55,124 nt of DNA from a virus (lineage: Duplodnaviria > Caudoviricetes): positions 1 to 55,124 of IMG/VR virus record IMGVR_UViG_3300021957_000047; one strand, given 5' to 3'. Positions within the stretch are counted from its first letter, which is position 1. Each line of letters begins with the position of its first letter. Under the pieces are notes generated by a model, which was not told the origin of the DNA, ran no database searches, and saw only the letters and a program-made list of their open reading frames with translations. The position numbers and the translations under genes were made by a program. Shown here one piece after another: positions 35,734-45,814 of the stretch.

Positions 35734-36671
35734 TTCCAATCGATCTCTGCCATGAGAGTAGCGAGTGCGGCTACACGGTTGATCTCAGAGTTAGCAACGA
35801 ATGCTTCTTTGTACTGATATTCAGCCAGAATGATGATAGCATCTGCCACGCTTTGTGTACTATTTACTTTACTTGGCAGTATATCATACAACTGGCGATA
35901 CAAGACCGCACTGTCTATATCAGTGTTCTCTGCAACCCACTTACGCATGTTAGTGAAGTCACGCTCTTTCATCATAGTGATGAGTGTACTAATGTTGTCA
36001 CTAGACTTATTGGCTAAGATACCAGAGTCGATGCGACCAGTAGAAGAGTAACGCTGTAGTTCGTTGAGGACTCTACGCCAATCAGGGAAATAAGTCTTGA
36101 CCAACTCAGCAACAGCATTACTATCGTATTCGATATTTTCGTCATTGAGAATGCCTTTTACACGTTTGAAAAATTGACCAGCAATTGCTTGCTTTTCATC
36201 TTTAGGGATACTGAACTCAACAACACTACACCGTGAGTGCAAGGGTTCAATGATACGGTTCTTGAAGTTACAAGTTAGAATGAAACCGCAGTTCTTACTG
36301 AACTCTTCCATAAAGTTCCGCAATGCAGGTTGCGTAGAGTTGGGGTTCAAGTAGTCTGCTTCATCTAATATAACATACTTACGACCACCACTGAATGATA
36401 CAGTAGAAGCGAAGTTGGCAATTTCAACACGTAGCGTATCGATGTTACCATTCATAGAGCCGTTGATAACTATATAGTCTGCATTGATTTCATCAAGCAT
36501 TGCTTTAGCGATAGTTGTCTTACCGACACCAGCACGACCAGTTAGTAATAAATTAGGAACGTTGTCTTGATCGACAAACTGTTGGAATGTAGTCTTTAGA
36601 GACTCAGGTAGTACAGCATCTTGCACAGTGTGCGGGCGATACTTCTCTACCCATAGAAAGTCTTCTGTCAT
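35730..36671 (-). CDS. gp44: clamp loader large subunit
   Basis: WVEKYRP, GVGKTT, LDEAD, SRC. Confidence 0.95.
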   Translation of the reverse strand: MTEDFLWVEKYRPHTVQDAVLPESLKTTFQQFVDQDNVPNLLLTGRAGVGKTTIAKAMLDEINADYIVINGSMNGNIDTLRVEIANFASTVSFSGGRKYVILDEADYLNPNSTQPALRNFMEEFSKNCGFILTCNFKNRIIEPLHSRCSVVEFSIPKDEKQAIAGQFFKRVKGILNDENIEYDSNAVAELVKTYFPDWRRVLNELQRYSSTGRIDSGILANKSSDNISTLITMMKERDFTNMRKWVAENTDIDSAVLYRQLYDILPSKVNSTQSVADAIIILAEYQYKEAFVANSEINRVAALATLMAEIDWK

Positions 36672-36702
36672 AGGTCACCTCATAATAAAAATATATCAAC
36701 AT

Positions 36703-36741
36703 AGTATAGAGTAAAAAGGGGGCTATGTCAAGCCCCCTTTT
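36703..36741 (-). promoter_or_regulatory. sigma70 promoter overlapping a bidirectional terminator hairpin
   Basis: TTGACA-17-TATACT; the -35 lies in the loop of AAAAGGGGGCT...AGCCCCCTTTT. Confidence 0.75.
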
Positions 36742-36748
36742 CGTGGAA

Positions 36749-37033
36749 TTAGCTAGATGCTTCTTCCGTTGCTTGCTCAGGTGCAGGCGCTGGTGATTCT
36801 GGCATCGGGTCGCCAGGAACACGGTCGATCTGACCTTGCTCTTTGGCATGATTCAAGAACGCCATGAAACGCTCACGAACTGTCCCGACAGGAACCAGCT
36901 CCTCGCCTCTGATAGCACCTCTCGCAGTAACGGCATCGATAATCTGCACAGTGGCGGCGATGTCGTTTAGTGAAAGACCAGGACCCTGGTCTGGTGCTTG
37001 CTCAGTTGCCTGAGTGTCTGTTGCTTCAGTCAT
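36749..37033 (-). CDS. hypothetical protein
   Basis: AGGAG SD; LSLNDI...IIDAVTARGAIRGEEL. Confidence 0.75.
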   Translation of the reverse strand: MTEATDTQATEQAPDQGPGLSLNDIAATVQIIDAVTARGAIRGEELVPVGTVRERFMAFLNHAKEQGQIDRVPGDPMPESPAPAPEQATEEASS

Positions 37034-37043
37034 AATATTACTC

Positions 37044-37694
37044 CTATTTACTGTTGATTGCAATCCAGTATTGTACCTTGTCAGATTTGAAATGTGCCAT
37101 ACCTTTAGAAGACAAGGCGACTTCATAGTCGTATGGCATTAGCTTGAGATTGTCAACTTTGATTGTCATAGTGAAATGACCAAAGTCTCCGTTCTCACCA
37201 ACAACAACGTCATAATTGTCAGATGTTGGATTTTTGCTGTCAACGGCAGCCAATGAAAGAGTGCTACCTTCGCCTTTGAAAGCGATCTCAGGTAGTCCTA
37301 GTACACCAGCGGCACGAATGACACTATCGATATCATCCCAAGTCACTTTGACAACTGCTTCAGGATCTGGAACAGTAATGTCTTTGTTCGGTGGAACGAC
37401 AATCATATTTTCAGCAGTGTAAGTATAGTTCAAAGAACTGCGCTTACCTTTGATGTTGAATCGACCATCGCCAAATGCAACATCTGCATCTTCAAATAAA
37501 CCAAGCGTGGCAAGGAATCGACCTAAGTCGTATACACCAGCTTGACTATCAAAATTCTCACTCACAGTTGCGGCAGCCATAACTGTCTTCTGTGGAGAGA
37601 TTGTTCTAATCATATCACCAGGTCTGAACAACAGACTTGGGTTGATCTGAGAGAAGTTTTTCAAAACGCTCATTGTTTCGTCACTAAATTTCAT
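37044..37694 (-). CDS. gp45: sliding clamp
   Basis: LKNFSQINPS, VYDLGRFL, NLKLMP, YWIA. Confidence 0.93.
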   Translation of the reverse strand: MKFSDETMSVLKNFSQINPSLLFRPGDMIRTISPQKTVMAAATVSENFDSQAGVYDLGRFLATLGLFEDADVAFGDGRFNIKGKRSSLNYTYTAENMIVVPPNKDITVPDPEAVVKVTWDDIDSVIRAAGVLGLPEIAFKGEGSTLSLAAVDSKNPTSDNYDVVVGENGDFGHFTMTIKVDNLKLMPYDYEVALSSKGMAHFKSDKVQYWIAINSK

Positions 37695-37697
37695 AAT

Positions 37698-38627
37698 CTA
37701 TTTCCTCTTCTTTCTACGGTTAGTAGGTTTATTTATACTCGATTTTGCCGTCTTTGTCAAGTCTTTTTCATTATTATCATAATGTTTTTTACTTGACTCT
37801 TTACTCGCTGTAGGTGATGCATCGATCATAGCGATATGACCTAAGCTACCTCCAAAAGTATAAGACCCCACATGTTTGATCTGCATCCATGGACACATCC
37901 ATATGCTTAGACCAATCTTACGAGCATAGTTACTAAACATGTAGTCTTCTGACAAATACCTTTTTGACACTGGTTCAATCATCGTATCAAAGAATGCTGT
38001 GATCTCATGCGAACCATCAAAGTTCTCAGTTCGTACATGATCAGGCTTGTAGCGTAACTCAGGATACTTATCAGCATACTTGATAAACGCTTTCTTATCT
38101 ACGCACATGAAACCTGTGCCGCCCTCTTTGATTTCGGTTACCTCTTTTATCTGAAACGACTTCATGCCGTCTATAGTATTGAAGACGTAATCTCCACCAA
38201 AATCTTCTAGATCGAATGGGTTCTTGTCACCGTATCCAAGATCAGATGCTTTCTTGATCTTCTCCCAAGCTATTGTCTTTTTAGGATACGGTCCACACAC
38301 AACGTCTTTACCTGCGTCACTATCTGTAAGAAACAGTAGTGTCAAGGCATCACGATAGTCGAACCCAATGTCACTATCAATAAAGAGTAAGTGGGTAGCA
38401 TCAGAACGTAGAAACTCATCTACGCAATAATTTCTAGCCCTAGTAATTAGAGACTCATTGAACATGTAGTAATGTCTAAGACTAATCCCATGCTTTGTGC
38501 ATATAGACGTTAGATCGTTTACTGACTTAGTGTATAAGCCTGCACATTGTCCACCGTACATAGGCGTTGCAACAAATAGCCGCTTGCCTCTTAGTACTTC
38601 AAGATCAAGATTCATTATATTCCTCAC
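37698..38627 (-). CDS. GT-A fold glycosyltransferase-like protein
   Basis: VATPMYGG, SLITRARN, LLFIDSDI (DxD), GTGFM, LSEDY. Confidence 0.75.
   Translation of the reverse strand: MRNIMNLDLEVLRGKRLFVATPMYGGQCAGLYTKSVNDLTSICTKHGISLRHYYMFNESLITRARNYCVDEFLRSDATHLLFIDSDIGFDYRDALTLLFLTDSDAGKDVVCGPYPKKTIAWEKIKKASDLGYGDKNPFDLEDFGGDYVFNTIDGMKSFQIKEVTEIKEGGTGFMCVDKKAFIKYADKYPELRYKPDHVRTENFDGSHEITAFFDTMIEPVSKRYLSEDYMFSNYARKIGLSIWMCPWMQIKHVGSYTFGGSLGHIAMIDASPTASKESSKKHYDNNEKDLTKTAKSSINKPTNRRKKRK
37730..37760 (-). promoter_or_regulatory. overlapping sigma70 and late promoters for gp45
   Basis: TTGACA-17-TATAAATA inside the end of the upstream gene. Confidence 0.65.
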
Positions 38628-39132
38628 GCTTTCTTTTGAATTCTTCAGCGAGATTCAATTGCTCTTGAATCCACTTTGCAGATTGTTTAGATGTAAATGC
38701 GCCACCATCTACGCTAGGCATACGATCATCTGTGCCGATGCCTCTAATAACAGATGAAGATAACATCAACGCACCAGCCATAATCATACAGACGTGATGC
38801 ATACCAGATCCATCTGAGCCATTGTCATAATCACGACCACGCTCAAAATCATCGATGTGTCTCTTTAGACTATCAATCATCTGTTGCCATGGAAGACCTT
38901 TCTCCCAGTTACGATCAGCGTACTTCTGCGCTCCATATTCTAAGGCTGCCGCACCGGCGGCTAGCCCCTCTAGAGGTAATTGTTTCATGTAAGGCACACC
39001 AAGTGCTTCTCGCTCTGCACCACTCTCTGATGCCGCAAACTTACCAATACTCTCTAGGTCTATCTTAGGACCGCATTTACTTTCTTTCACATTATGCAAT
39101 TGTGCTTGTAAGCCACTTGCTCCAATTTTCAT
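38605..39132 (-). CDS. dATP/dGTP diphosphohydrolase-domain protein (DUF5664-like)
   Basis: YGAQKYADRNWEKG, SLKRH, D..SGMHH. Confidence 0.75.
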   Translation of the reverse strand: MKIGASGLQAQLHNVKESKCGPKIDLESIGKFAASESGAEREALGVPYMKQLPLEGLAAGAAALEYGAQKYADRNWEKGLPWQQMIDSLKRHIDDFERGRDYDNGSDGSGMHHVCMIMAGALMLSSSVIRGIGTDDRMPSVDGGAFTSKQSAKWIQEQLNLAEEFKRKREEYNES

Positions 39133-39135
39133 TAT

Positions 39136-39780
39136 CTACCTCTCAGTTTGGTCATGTCCATTTTCAGCACGATGGATCATTTGTAGTCTAAGAATATCTG
39201 CCGCTACATCATGGGTGCTATCATGTGCAACGAAAGTTTTATGCCAGTAATCTTCATCTGCTACTGGGATGAACCCATTGTGCTTGATGCCGAAGTTGAA
39301 TTTGGCATCGATGAAGGTACGTATATCACGAACTTTGTAGTACTTTAGATACTCGCTAAACAAGTGTCCGTTACCACTCTCGTTCATAATTCTCCATATG
39401 ATAATGGGATCAAAGGTGTTACTTCTTGACCACCAGTAATCCACATTTCTCTGTTCTCTTAGATATGCTAGTATAATATCACAAAAGGGCTGTACTGTCA
39501 AGTCATTTTCTGTTGGCTTGAGTTTATCTCTTGCGGCTTTAGGCAATCTCTGCCAGAACTTGAGGTCTTCTTGTTCGAAGCCACATTTCCAGTTCTCGAC
39601 TTGATCTCTTACATCTAGCTTGACCGTTTGAATGTTGGACGCTAACTCCTCAAACGAGTAAGGGTTCTCTACAAACCTATCCCACTCAAATGCGTAGTAC
39701 GCCATATCAACTATTGGACAGATGTGAACGTTGGCACCAACTGTCTCTAAATCAAATATAAAATCTTTTTTCATTCTCAC
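39136..39780 (-). CDS. DEDDh 3'-5' exonuclease (DexA-like)
   Basis: FDLET, FDP, RDIRT, HDSTHDVAAD. Confidence 0.8.
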   Translation of the reverse strand: MRMKKDFIFDLETVGANVHICPIVDMAYYAFEWDRFVENPYSFEELASNIQTVKLDVRDQVENWKCGFEQEDLKFWQRLPKAARDKLKPTENDLTVQPFCDIILAYLREQRNVDYWWSRSNTFDPIIIWRIMNESGNGHLFSEYLKYYKVRDIRTFIDAKFNFGIKHNGFIPVADEDYWHKTFVAHDSTHDVAADILRLQMIHRAENGHDQTER

Positions 39781-41303
39781 TCTTGAAAGTTCGTTTCAAG
39801 CCTCATACCATATTCATTGTTATCAGATGATATTATAACATCTTTCTTCAACTTTAGCAAGTTCTTTTTGAAAGGAGTGTAATCTACAAAGTGGTGCCAT
39901 CTACCATATCTCCAGACAAGTCTTGCTACGTCTGGGTGCATGTCAACTAGCATCTGTGACTTATTCACAGTACCCTCTGTGTTGTATCCAGTCTCTTTGA
40001 ACCCCTCACTTTCTACATTCTCTGCGTGATAAAACTCAGCAGTATTACCACCTGCAACTGTTTGAGTAGCCGCTTTGCCCTGTAAGAAAGCATTGAACTG
40101 TACACATACATCACCGTCTTTCATTACTCGTAGGCAGATGTCAGTATCTTCGTTATATCTACCACGCCATCTATGCTTACAATCATTCCTGATAAGAAGA
40201 CTAGAATATATACGGGTGTTGGCAACGTAAGGAGGATACTTCTGATCTGGCGCAATAAAGAATCTATACTGTGGACCAGCGATGTAAACATTGTCATATC
40301 TTCCTACAAAATCTTCCATGGCTCTAAAGCCAGCTCCGCTCTCAAAGCGAATGCGTTTGTTCTCGTTTAGGCGATAGAAGTCAGAGATGTTATCATCAAA
40401 CACCCAGTGACTTGTAGCCCCTAAACTTATAGAGTGGTCCCATGCCCAGTTTCTTGCCCTACCTGGACCATCACCATGATTTGAAAAAGGGGCAACTAGG
40501 AGCGTCACGTAATCACGTATGCTGAAGTTGTCTAACGCCTTATCATAGTCATCAAAGTCTTGTGGTTCTATCACGATGTAATGCGGAATCTTCATGCGGG
40601 CAAGTGACCTTGACGTATGCATGGATTCGTGACGACCCTTTGACACGATGTACATGGGAAACTGTGGGAGTGTCTGCGACTCATCTACCCAACGTAGTAG
40701 TCTATTAGCAGTTATCTCCAATTTGGGATGCCAGATAGACTTAGATTTTTCACTAAGATGCTTCTGACCAATTCTTTTTGCGAAGTCTTTGTAATGCTCT
40801 TCTGTTCTGAACATGACGTGAACTGTGCGATATGGTGGACAGTCTTCTTGTATGAACTCTGGCATACCTTGCCAATGTTCTGACCACTTAGCGTTCTTAT
40901 CGCCATCTTCTGCAAGTTCGACATCAAGAGTAGTATCGACTTTCGCTTTTCTGTTTGCCCTCTTAGGCTTTACCAGTTGTTTGTCAACTTCAATATTAGT
41001 TGCTTGCTCTTCTGGGAATAATGACTCAGCAGGATCGTTCAGAGGAAAGAATACTGCTTTATCGTTTGAGTGTATGATCTGTCCTATCTTAGAACAGAAA
41101 TCAGCAACGTCATCCAAACTACGGAAGTGTACGTATAATACTTTATACACGTCATCGTACTGGCTCTTAGCTTTAGTCTGATCATACAGAACTGGCTGTA
41201 CAGGCTCATCCATAAACCTATCTAAACTAATACCGTACTCATCCTTATCACGCTTGTCTGCGTCTAAGAAGTTATCGTAATTTGCACTTTCTTTTACACT
41301 CAT
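39777..41303 (-). CDS. GREB1/TAGT-like GT-A glycosyltransferase with duplicated N-terminal module
   Basis: YIVSKGR, GPGRARN, WVFDDNI, RYNEDTDICLR, GGNT, HHFVDY. Confidence 0.7.
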   Translation of the reverse strand: MSVKESANYDNFLDADKRDKDEYGISLDRFMDEPVQPVLYDQTKAKSQYDDVYKVLYVHFRSLDDVADFCSKIGQIIHSNDKAVFFPLNDPAESLFPEEQATNIEVDKQLVKPKRANRKAKVDTTLDVELAEDGDKNAKWSEHWQGMPEFIQEDCPPYRTVHVMFRTEEHYKDFAKRIGQKHLSEKSKSIWHPKLEITANRLLRWVDESQTLPQFPMYIVSKGRHESMHTSRSLARMKIPHYIVIEPQDFDDYDKALDNFSIRDYVTLLVAPFSNHGDGPGRARNWAWDHSISLGATSHWVFDDNISDFYRLNENKRIRFESGAGFRAMEDFVGRYDNVYIAGPQYRFFIAPDQKYPPYVANTRIYSSLLIRNDCKHRWRGRYNEDTDICLRVMKDGDVCVQFNAFLQGKAATQTVAGGNTAEFYHAENVESEGFKETGYNTEGTVNKSQMLVDMHPDVARLVWRYGRWHHFVDYTPFKKNLLKLKKDVIISSDNNEYGMRLETNFQE

Positions 41304-42397
41304 AAAAACCTCGTTAAATCTGAAAAAGATTTATTGTGGTCATTATAACGTATATCGATCACCTTGTCAAGTCTTATTTTCCAATTTGATAGACTATGCT
41401 TCTCTTTTGTCATCTCCGCTATCTCTCTACGAAATGGTGACATAGCCTTAGTGTGCTTCAATATAGCAGACTCAAAGTCGCTACTGCTACACTTACGTCT
41501 GATCATATAGGTGTGTCTTGGATCAGCGGCGATGCCTTCGCTTGAGTGAGTGATAGTATCGTCACACATTAGCAAAGTTGGTACACCACAGCCTAATGCT
41601 TCCATTGCTGTGATACCCCAGGACTCTTTAGGCCAAGTTGAACAGAAACTAAGAGACTTAGCAATGTTCTTCATTACGTCATCATGAGCCAAACCACGCA
41701 TAGTAAAGCGTGGATCTTTCCAGTGTTGATTGTTCAGCACATAGTCGTTGACTGTGCTACTCTTATATACACCATCGTTAGTCATCACTAGGCTGTTTAG
41801 CTTAGATCGCTCTAACTTACTATGTACGAGAAATGGTGCCTTCTCGTTGTCACATCTGCCTACTGTAGAGACATCGTAACATATATCTTCATTGTTCCAC
41901 GTGTTCTCAAACGGAGTATCTTTTGGCAGATATGAAGGGTTGATATATCCCTTGATCTCACCGAAGTCTACGTTACGTATTCTCAATGCCATTTCTTTGT
42001 GGTACTCATATTGTTTAGGACTCACAAAGTAGATATGGCATCCACTCTCGTTCAAATCTCTCAATATTGTGCCGAGTTCTACCATACGTATATCACGCAC
42101 AAGTGGTTCATGCATAATACAAATTAGTGGTACGTTGAAAGACATCATCATATTTCCCCACCAAGGATTGTTGAACAAGATCATATCTGGATCATGCTCC
42201 GCAATAGCGTCAGTGATTACTTTACGTGTACGTCTCTTCTCTTTATCTTCTTTAGTGACTGCAACTGGTATGATGCCATCAATATTATTCTCTAAGTCCT
42301 GGCAGAACTTCTCAATACCACCAGTGATCACTTTACCGTTAGTTTCAGCGTTCTCTACTAATTCGAAATGTGTGGAGTATGGTAAGAGTATCTTCAT
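41300..42397 (-). CDS. GT-B fold glycosyltransferase (GT4-like)
   Basis: GGIEKF, VGR...K, ESWGITAMEALGCGVP (E-x7-E motif). Confidence 0.8.
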   Translation of the reverse strand: MKILLPYSTHFELVENAETNGKVITGGIEKFCQDLENNIDGIIPVAVTKEDKEKRRTRKVITDAIAEHDPDMILFNNPWWGNMMMSFNVPLICIMHEPLVRDIRMVELGTILRDLNESGCHIYFVSPKQYEYHKEMALRIRNVDFGEIKGYINPSYLPKDTPFENTWNNEDICYDVSTVGRCDNEKAPFLVHSKLERSKLNSLVMTNDGVYKSSTVNDYVLNNQHWKDPRFTMRGLAHDDVMKNIAKSLSFCSTWPKESWGITAMEALGCGVPTLLMCDDTITHSSEGIAADPRHTYMIRRKCSSSDFESAILKHTKAMSPFRREIAEMTKEKHSLSNWKIRLDKVIDIRYNDHNKSFSDLTRFL

Positions 42398-42843
42398 TTT
42401 TTCTTGTTCACAAAATCTGACTCGCCCCATACTACGTTTGTACGTAGACTGCTAGACGAAAATCTATGGTCTCTATTGTTGAAGTAAAGTTCTATGTTTC
42501 GCTTATCACAAACATCTCTACCAGTGAATTCTTTGTCTTTATATTCTGGACCTAAGATACGAACATCAATGAGATATAGTTCGAGGATATCTTTCAAGTC
42601 GTTTTCAGTGGCATACACAATAACTTCATCAACGTACTTCACAGCCGACAGTTGTGTATAACGCTCAACAATGGATTGAATGGGAGAGTTCTTCTCTGGT
42701 CGATCCAGAGCAGGATCGATTTGAAGACCACATATCAAGTGATCACATTGCTCTTTTGCTTCACGTAGCATCATAACATGTCCTGCGTGTAACAGGTCAA
42801 ACGTACTACATGTAAATCCTACACGCTTCGATTTCTTCATCAT
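42394..42843 (-). CDS. cytidylyltransferase (TagD/glycerol-3-phosphate CT-like)
   Basis: TFDLLHAGH, YVDEV, FSSSSLR. Confidence 0.88.
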   Translation of the reverse strand: MMKKSKRVGFTCSTFDLLHAGHVMMLREAKEQCDHLICGLQIDPALDRPEKNSPIQSIVERYTQLSAVKYVDEVIVYATENDLKDILELYLIDVRILGPEYKDKEFTGRDVCDKRNIELYFNNRDHRFSSSSLRTNVVWGESDFVNKKK

Positions 42844-42853
42844 ATAATTCACC

Positions 42854-43030
42854 TTATGAGTTAGCGGCAATCTTCCTTTCGATGGATACCATTTCATCTT
42901 TCATTCTCAATTTCTCTTTCTTGAGAGGTGTCACATACTTAGACTGACACTTCTCTGCTTCAAGAACCTCTATGCGAGTGTGAAGTTCGTGATGCTTTCG
43001 TTTCAGTGATGATAGTCTGTCTTCTAACAT
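42854..43030 (-). CDS. DUF465/YdcH-like small coiled-coil protein
   Basis: Hand translation MLEDRLSSLKRKHHELHTRIE...LKKEKLRMKDEM; AGGAG SD. Confidence 0.75.
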   Translation of the reverse strand: MLEDRLSSLKRKHHELHTRIEVLEAEKCQSKYVTPLKKEKLRMKDEMVSIERKIAANS

Positions 43031-43040
43031 TAGTCATCTC

Positions 43041-44750
43041 CTATGAAGCCATTCTACTAAAGTTCTTCACCTTTTCGAATCTGATTACGTTGTCAAACTT
43101 CTCATAGAGTTGATCGCCTTTGTGACTTATTATAAAGATATTTGAGTCGGCTGTCAACTCATTTATTATTTTTAGGAACTCATCTGTACCTGCGTTGTCG
43201 AGTGATGAGTCCATGATCTCATCCATCAATAGCAAATTGGTAGACACTGAGTTACGCAATTTAGATACAGCCCGCCACGTGAACAGAAGGGCTAGATCAA
43301 TTCTTAGTTTCTCACCCTCAGAGAAAGAGGAGTAAGAGAATACGTCACGGAATCTGGACTTGATAGTTTCGTTGAATCCCTCATCCAGTTCAAACTGAAC
43401 GAAGAAGTCCATCGCCGCTAGGTATTTATTGATTAGTTTATTCATGACTGGAACGTACTGCTTGATGATACGAGTCTTGATACCACCATCTTTCAGCATA
43501 GACGATACAATGCCCATCATCTCTTTGTCATCGAACAACTGGTTCTGTCTATTGTGATACGTCAACAGATCGCCCTGTAACTTCTCAATAGCAGATGTGT
43601 CGATTGCTTCTACAGACTTCTCTGCTTCTGTTAGTTCATTCTTGATGGACTTACATACACCCATAGCAACACGGTGTGTGGCATTGTGTTCGCTCATCTG
43701 CATGTTCTTATCAGATATAACGGACTCTACCTCATCAATCTCAGTAAGTCGTTCATTGACCTTAGTGAATCTACCATCAAGTTCAACTGTCGCTTCTTCG
43801 ATCTTGTTGATCTTATCGCTAGAGCCTTGTATGGTCTCCTCTTTGAAATGATGGTCGATACCTTGCTTACAAGTGGGACAGTCATCGTTGTGCTGGTAGA
43901 AAGCAATATCTTTACGTAGCTTCTTCAACTTATCTGATAACTGACCCTCAACTTTTTCTAGTTCTTGTAACTTCTTCTTGACTGTAGCCTTGTCAGCAAT
44001 AGTCTCACCCATCTCTTTGATCTCTTCTATAAGAGTATCTACTGCCGATTGCTCGGCTTCAATGAGTTCGATTTGTTCTTTCAACTTGTCTTTGAGTTTA
44101 GTTACCTCTGTCTCTTTCAGTTGTCGAATAGATTCATTATGCTCTGTAGCACTTTCAATCTTATTAGATAGTAGATCGATCTGGTACTTTATCTCTTGAA
44201 TCTCTTCTTTGTTCTCTGAGACACGTTCTTTGAGGAGCGTGTTCATCACAGTAAAGATTTGAATGTCAAGCAGGTCTTCTATGACCTCACGTCGGTCTTT
44301 AGCAGATAGTTGCATAAATGGTACAAACGTACTAGAACCCAGTACAACTACTTGACCAAAAGACTTGTAGTTCATCTTTAGAATAGTCTCTTCTAGGTAC
44401 GCTTGGTAGTCACGCACAGATGCATCTTGGTTGAGTAGTTGATCGTTCTTCCATATCTCAAAGATGTTTGGCTTGATACCACGCTTGATAGTATACTTGT
44501 TGCCTGAGATGTTGAAGTCCAGTTCTACCATCAGTTCTTTCTGATTGATAGAGTTCAATAGCTGTGGCTTTTTGATATTACGGAATGCTTTGCCATACAG
44601 AGCAAAGGCGATAGCGTCTAACATAGTAGACTTACCAGCACCGTTGTCGCCAACAATTAGAGTAGACTTACTCTTATCTAAGATAATTTCTGTCCACGAA
44701 TTGCCTGTTGATAATATATTTTTATATCTTACCGCCTTGAATAAGATCAT
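43041..44750 (-). CDS. gp46: recombination nuclease ATPase subunit (Rad50/SbcC-like)
   Basis: GDNGAGKS, CPTC hook, FSEGE, LLMDE, ISH. Confidence 0.95.
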   Translation of the reverse strand: MILFKAVRYKNILSTGNSWTEIILDKSKSTLIVGDNGAGKSTMLDAIAFALYGKAFRNIKKPQLLNSINQKELMVELDFNISGNKYTIKRGIKPNIFEIWKNDQLLNQDASVRDYQAYLEETILKMNYKSFGQVVVLGSSTFVPFMQLSAKDRREVIEDLLDIQIFTVMNTLLKERVSENKEEIQEIKYQIDLLSNKIESATEHNESIRQLKETEVTKLKDKLKEQIELIEAEQSAVDTLIEEIKEMGETIADKATVKKKLQELEKVEGQLSDKLKKLRKDIAFYQHNDDCPTCKQGIDHHFKEETIQGSSDKINKIEEATVELDGRFTKVNERLTEIDEVESVISDKNMQMSEHNATHRVAMGVCKSIKNELTEAEKSVEAIDTSAIEKLQGDLLTYHNRQNQLFDDKEMMGIVSSMLKDGGIKTRIIKQYVPVMNKLINKYLAAMDFFVQFELDEGFNETIKSRFRDVFSYSSFSEGEKLRIDLALLFTWRAVSKLRNSVSTNLLLMDEIMDSSLDNAGTDEFLKIINELTADSNIFIISHKGDQLYEKFDNVIRFEKVKNFSRMAS

Positions 44751-45814
44751 AGATTGATAGCCTCACTATATAAATCACCTAGAAATTTCTCTAGTTTCAT
44801 CTTGTCACCCTTCACTTCCAAATTCTCAAGATACTGACGCAATATGGTCATCGTGTCCTGAGCCTCATCAATCAGTTCTGATTCGTCTACAAGGTCTAAG
44901 TTCTGATGATCATCAACAACTTTGATGTCGGCAGGGTTAGCAGATTGTAGCCTATCAAGGAACAAATCGAAGATGTATGGATTCTCCTTATTAGATACTA
45001 TAACTTTTATGAAGGTGTTTGTCAAGAGCGAAGTGTCTAAATTTGCAACATCTTCTATAGTCATGTCAGCATCATTGTACATAATCTTATGGAATAGACT
45101 GTACGGGTTGCGTACATGCTCCATAGTGCGTGTCTCAGTATCGAATACACTAAAGCCACGTTTCTGTTCGTGATCAGACCAAGTCATCTCATATTGAGCG
45201 CCTAGATAAGTGATGTTACCTAGCTTAGATGGCTGATGAAAGTGACCAGAGTATACTGAGTCAAACTTTTGGAAGATGTTACGATCTAGTCCAGTCTCAC
45301 ATATATGACCTTTATCCATCTCATAACCTACGATCTCAAAGTGACCCATGAGTACTTGCGCTTTAGTATCAGCAAAAGCCTTCATGCTCTTATCGTAGTT
45401 ATCTGCACACATCCATGGTGCTAACATAACCTTACACCCGTCCATGTCGAGTTCTACTGGCTCTTCCCAGTATAGATGTAAGTTCTCGTAGTTAGACGTG
45501 CCATACAATTGTCGTAGGCTGTTCACTGAGTTAGTATTCTTGAAGTATGTGTCATGATTACCAGCAACGATATAAAGCTGGATATCTTCTTCTGCACACA
45601 CCTTCATGAAGTTTTCTTCTAAGTTCTTCGCTGTAACAAAATTGATATACTTACGTCTATCTGTCAAATCTCCTAAGTGAAAGATCGTCTTGATACCGTT
45701 TTCACGTAGATAGGGGAAGAATACCTCACGATAGAACATATGCATATGCTCTGCAATGGCGGCGTTGTCGTTACGAGCGCCCCAGTGTGTGTCGTTGAGT
45801 ATCGCTATCTTCAT
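44747..45814 (-). CDS. gp47: recombination nuclease subunit (Mre11/SbcD-like)
   Basis: DTH, GD, GNHD, GHFH. Confidence 0.95.
   Translation of the reverse strand: MKIAILNDTHWGARNDNAAIAEHMHMFYREVFFPYLRENGIKTIFHLGDLTDRRKYINFVTAKNLEENFMKVCAEEDIQLYIVAGNHDTYFKNTNSVNSLRQLYGTSNYENLHLYWEEPVELDMDGCKVMLAPWMCADNYDKSMKAFADTKAQVLMGHFEIVGYEMDKGHICETGLDRNIFQKFDSVYSGHFHQPSKLGNITYLGAQYEMTWSDHEQKRGFSVFDTETRTMEHVRNPYSLFHKIMYNDADMTIEDVANLDTSLLTNTFIKVIVSNKENPYIFDLFLDRLQSANPADIKVVDDHQNLDLVDESELIDEAQDTMTILRQYLENLEVKGDKMKLEKFLGDLYSEAINL

Noticed and set aside
38605-39132. Z-genome (2-aminoadenine) or deazaguanine pathway
   Set aside because: No purZ, datZ, dpdA, folE or que genes in the window; the diphosphohydrolase alone is insufficient.
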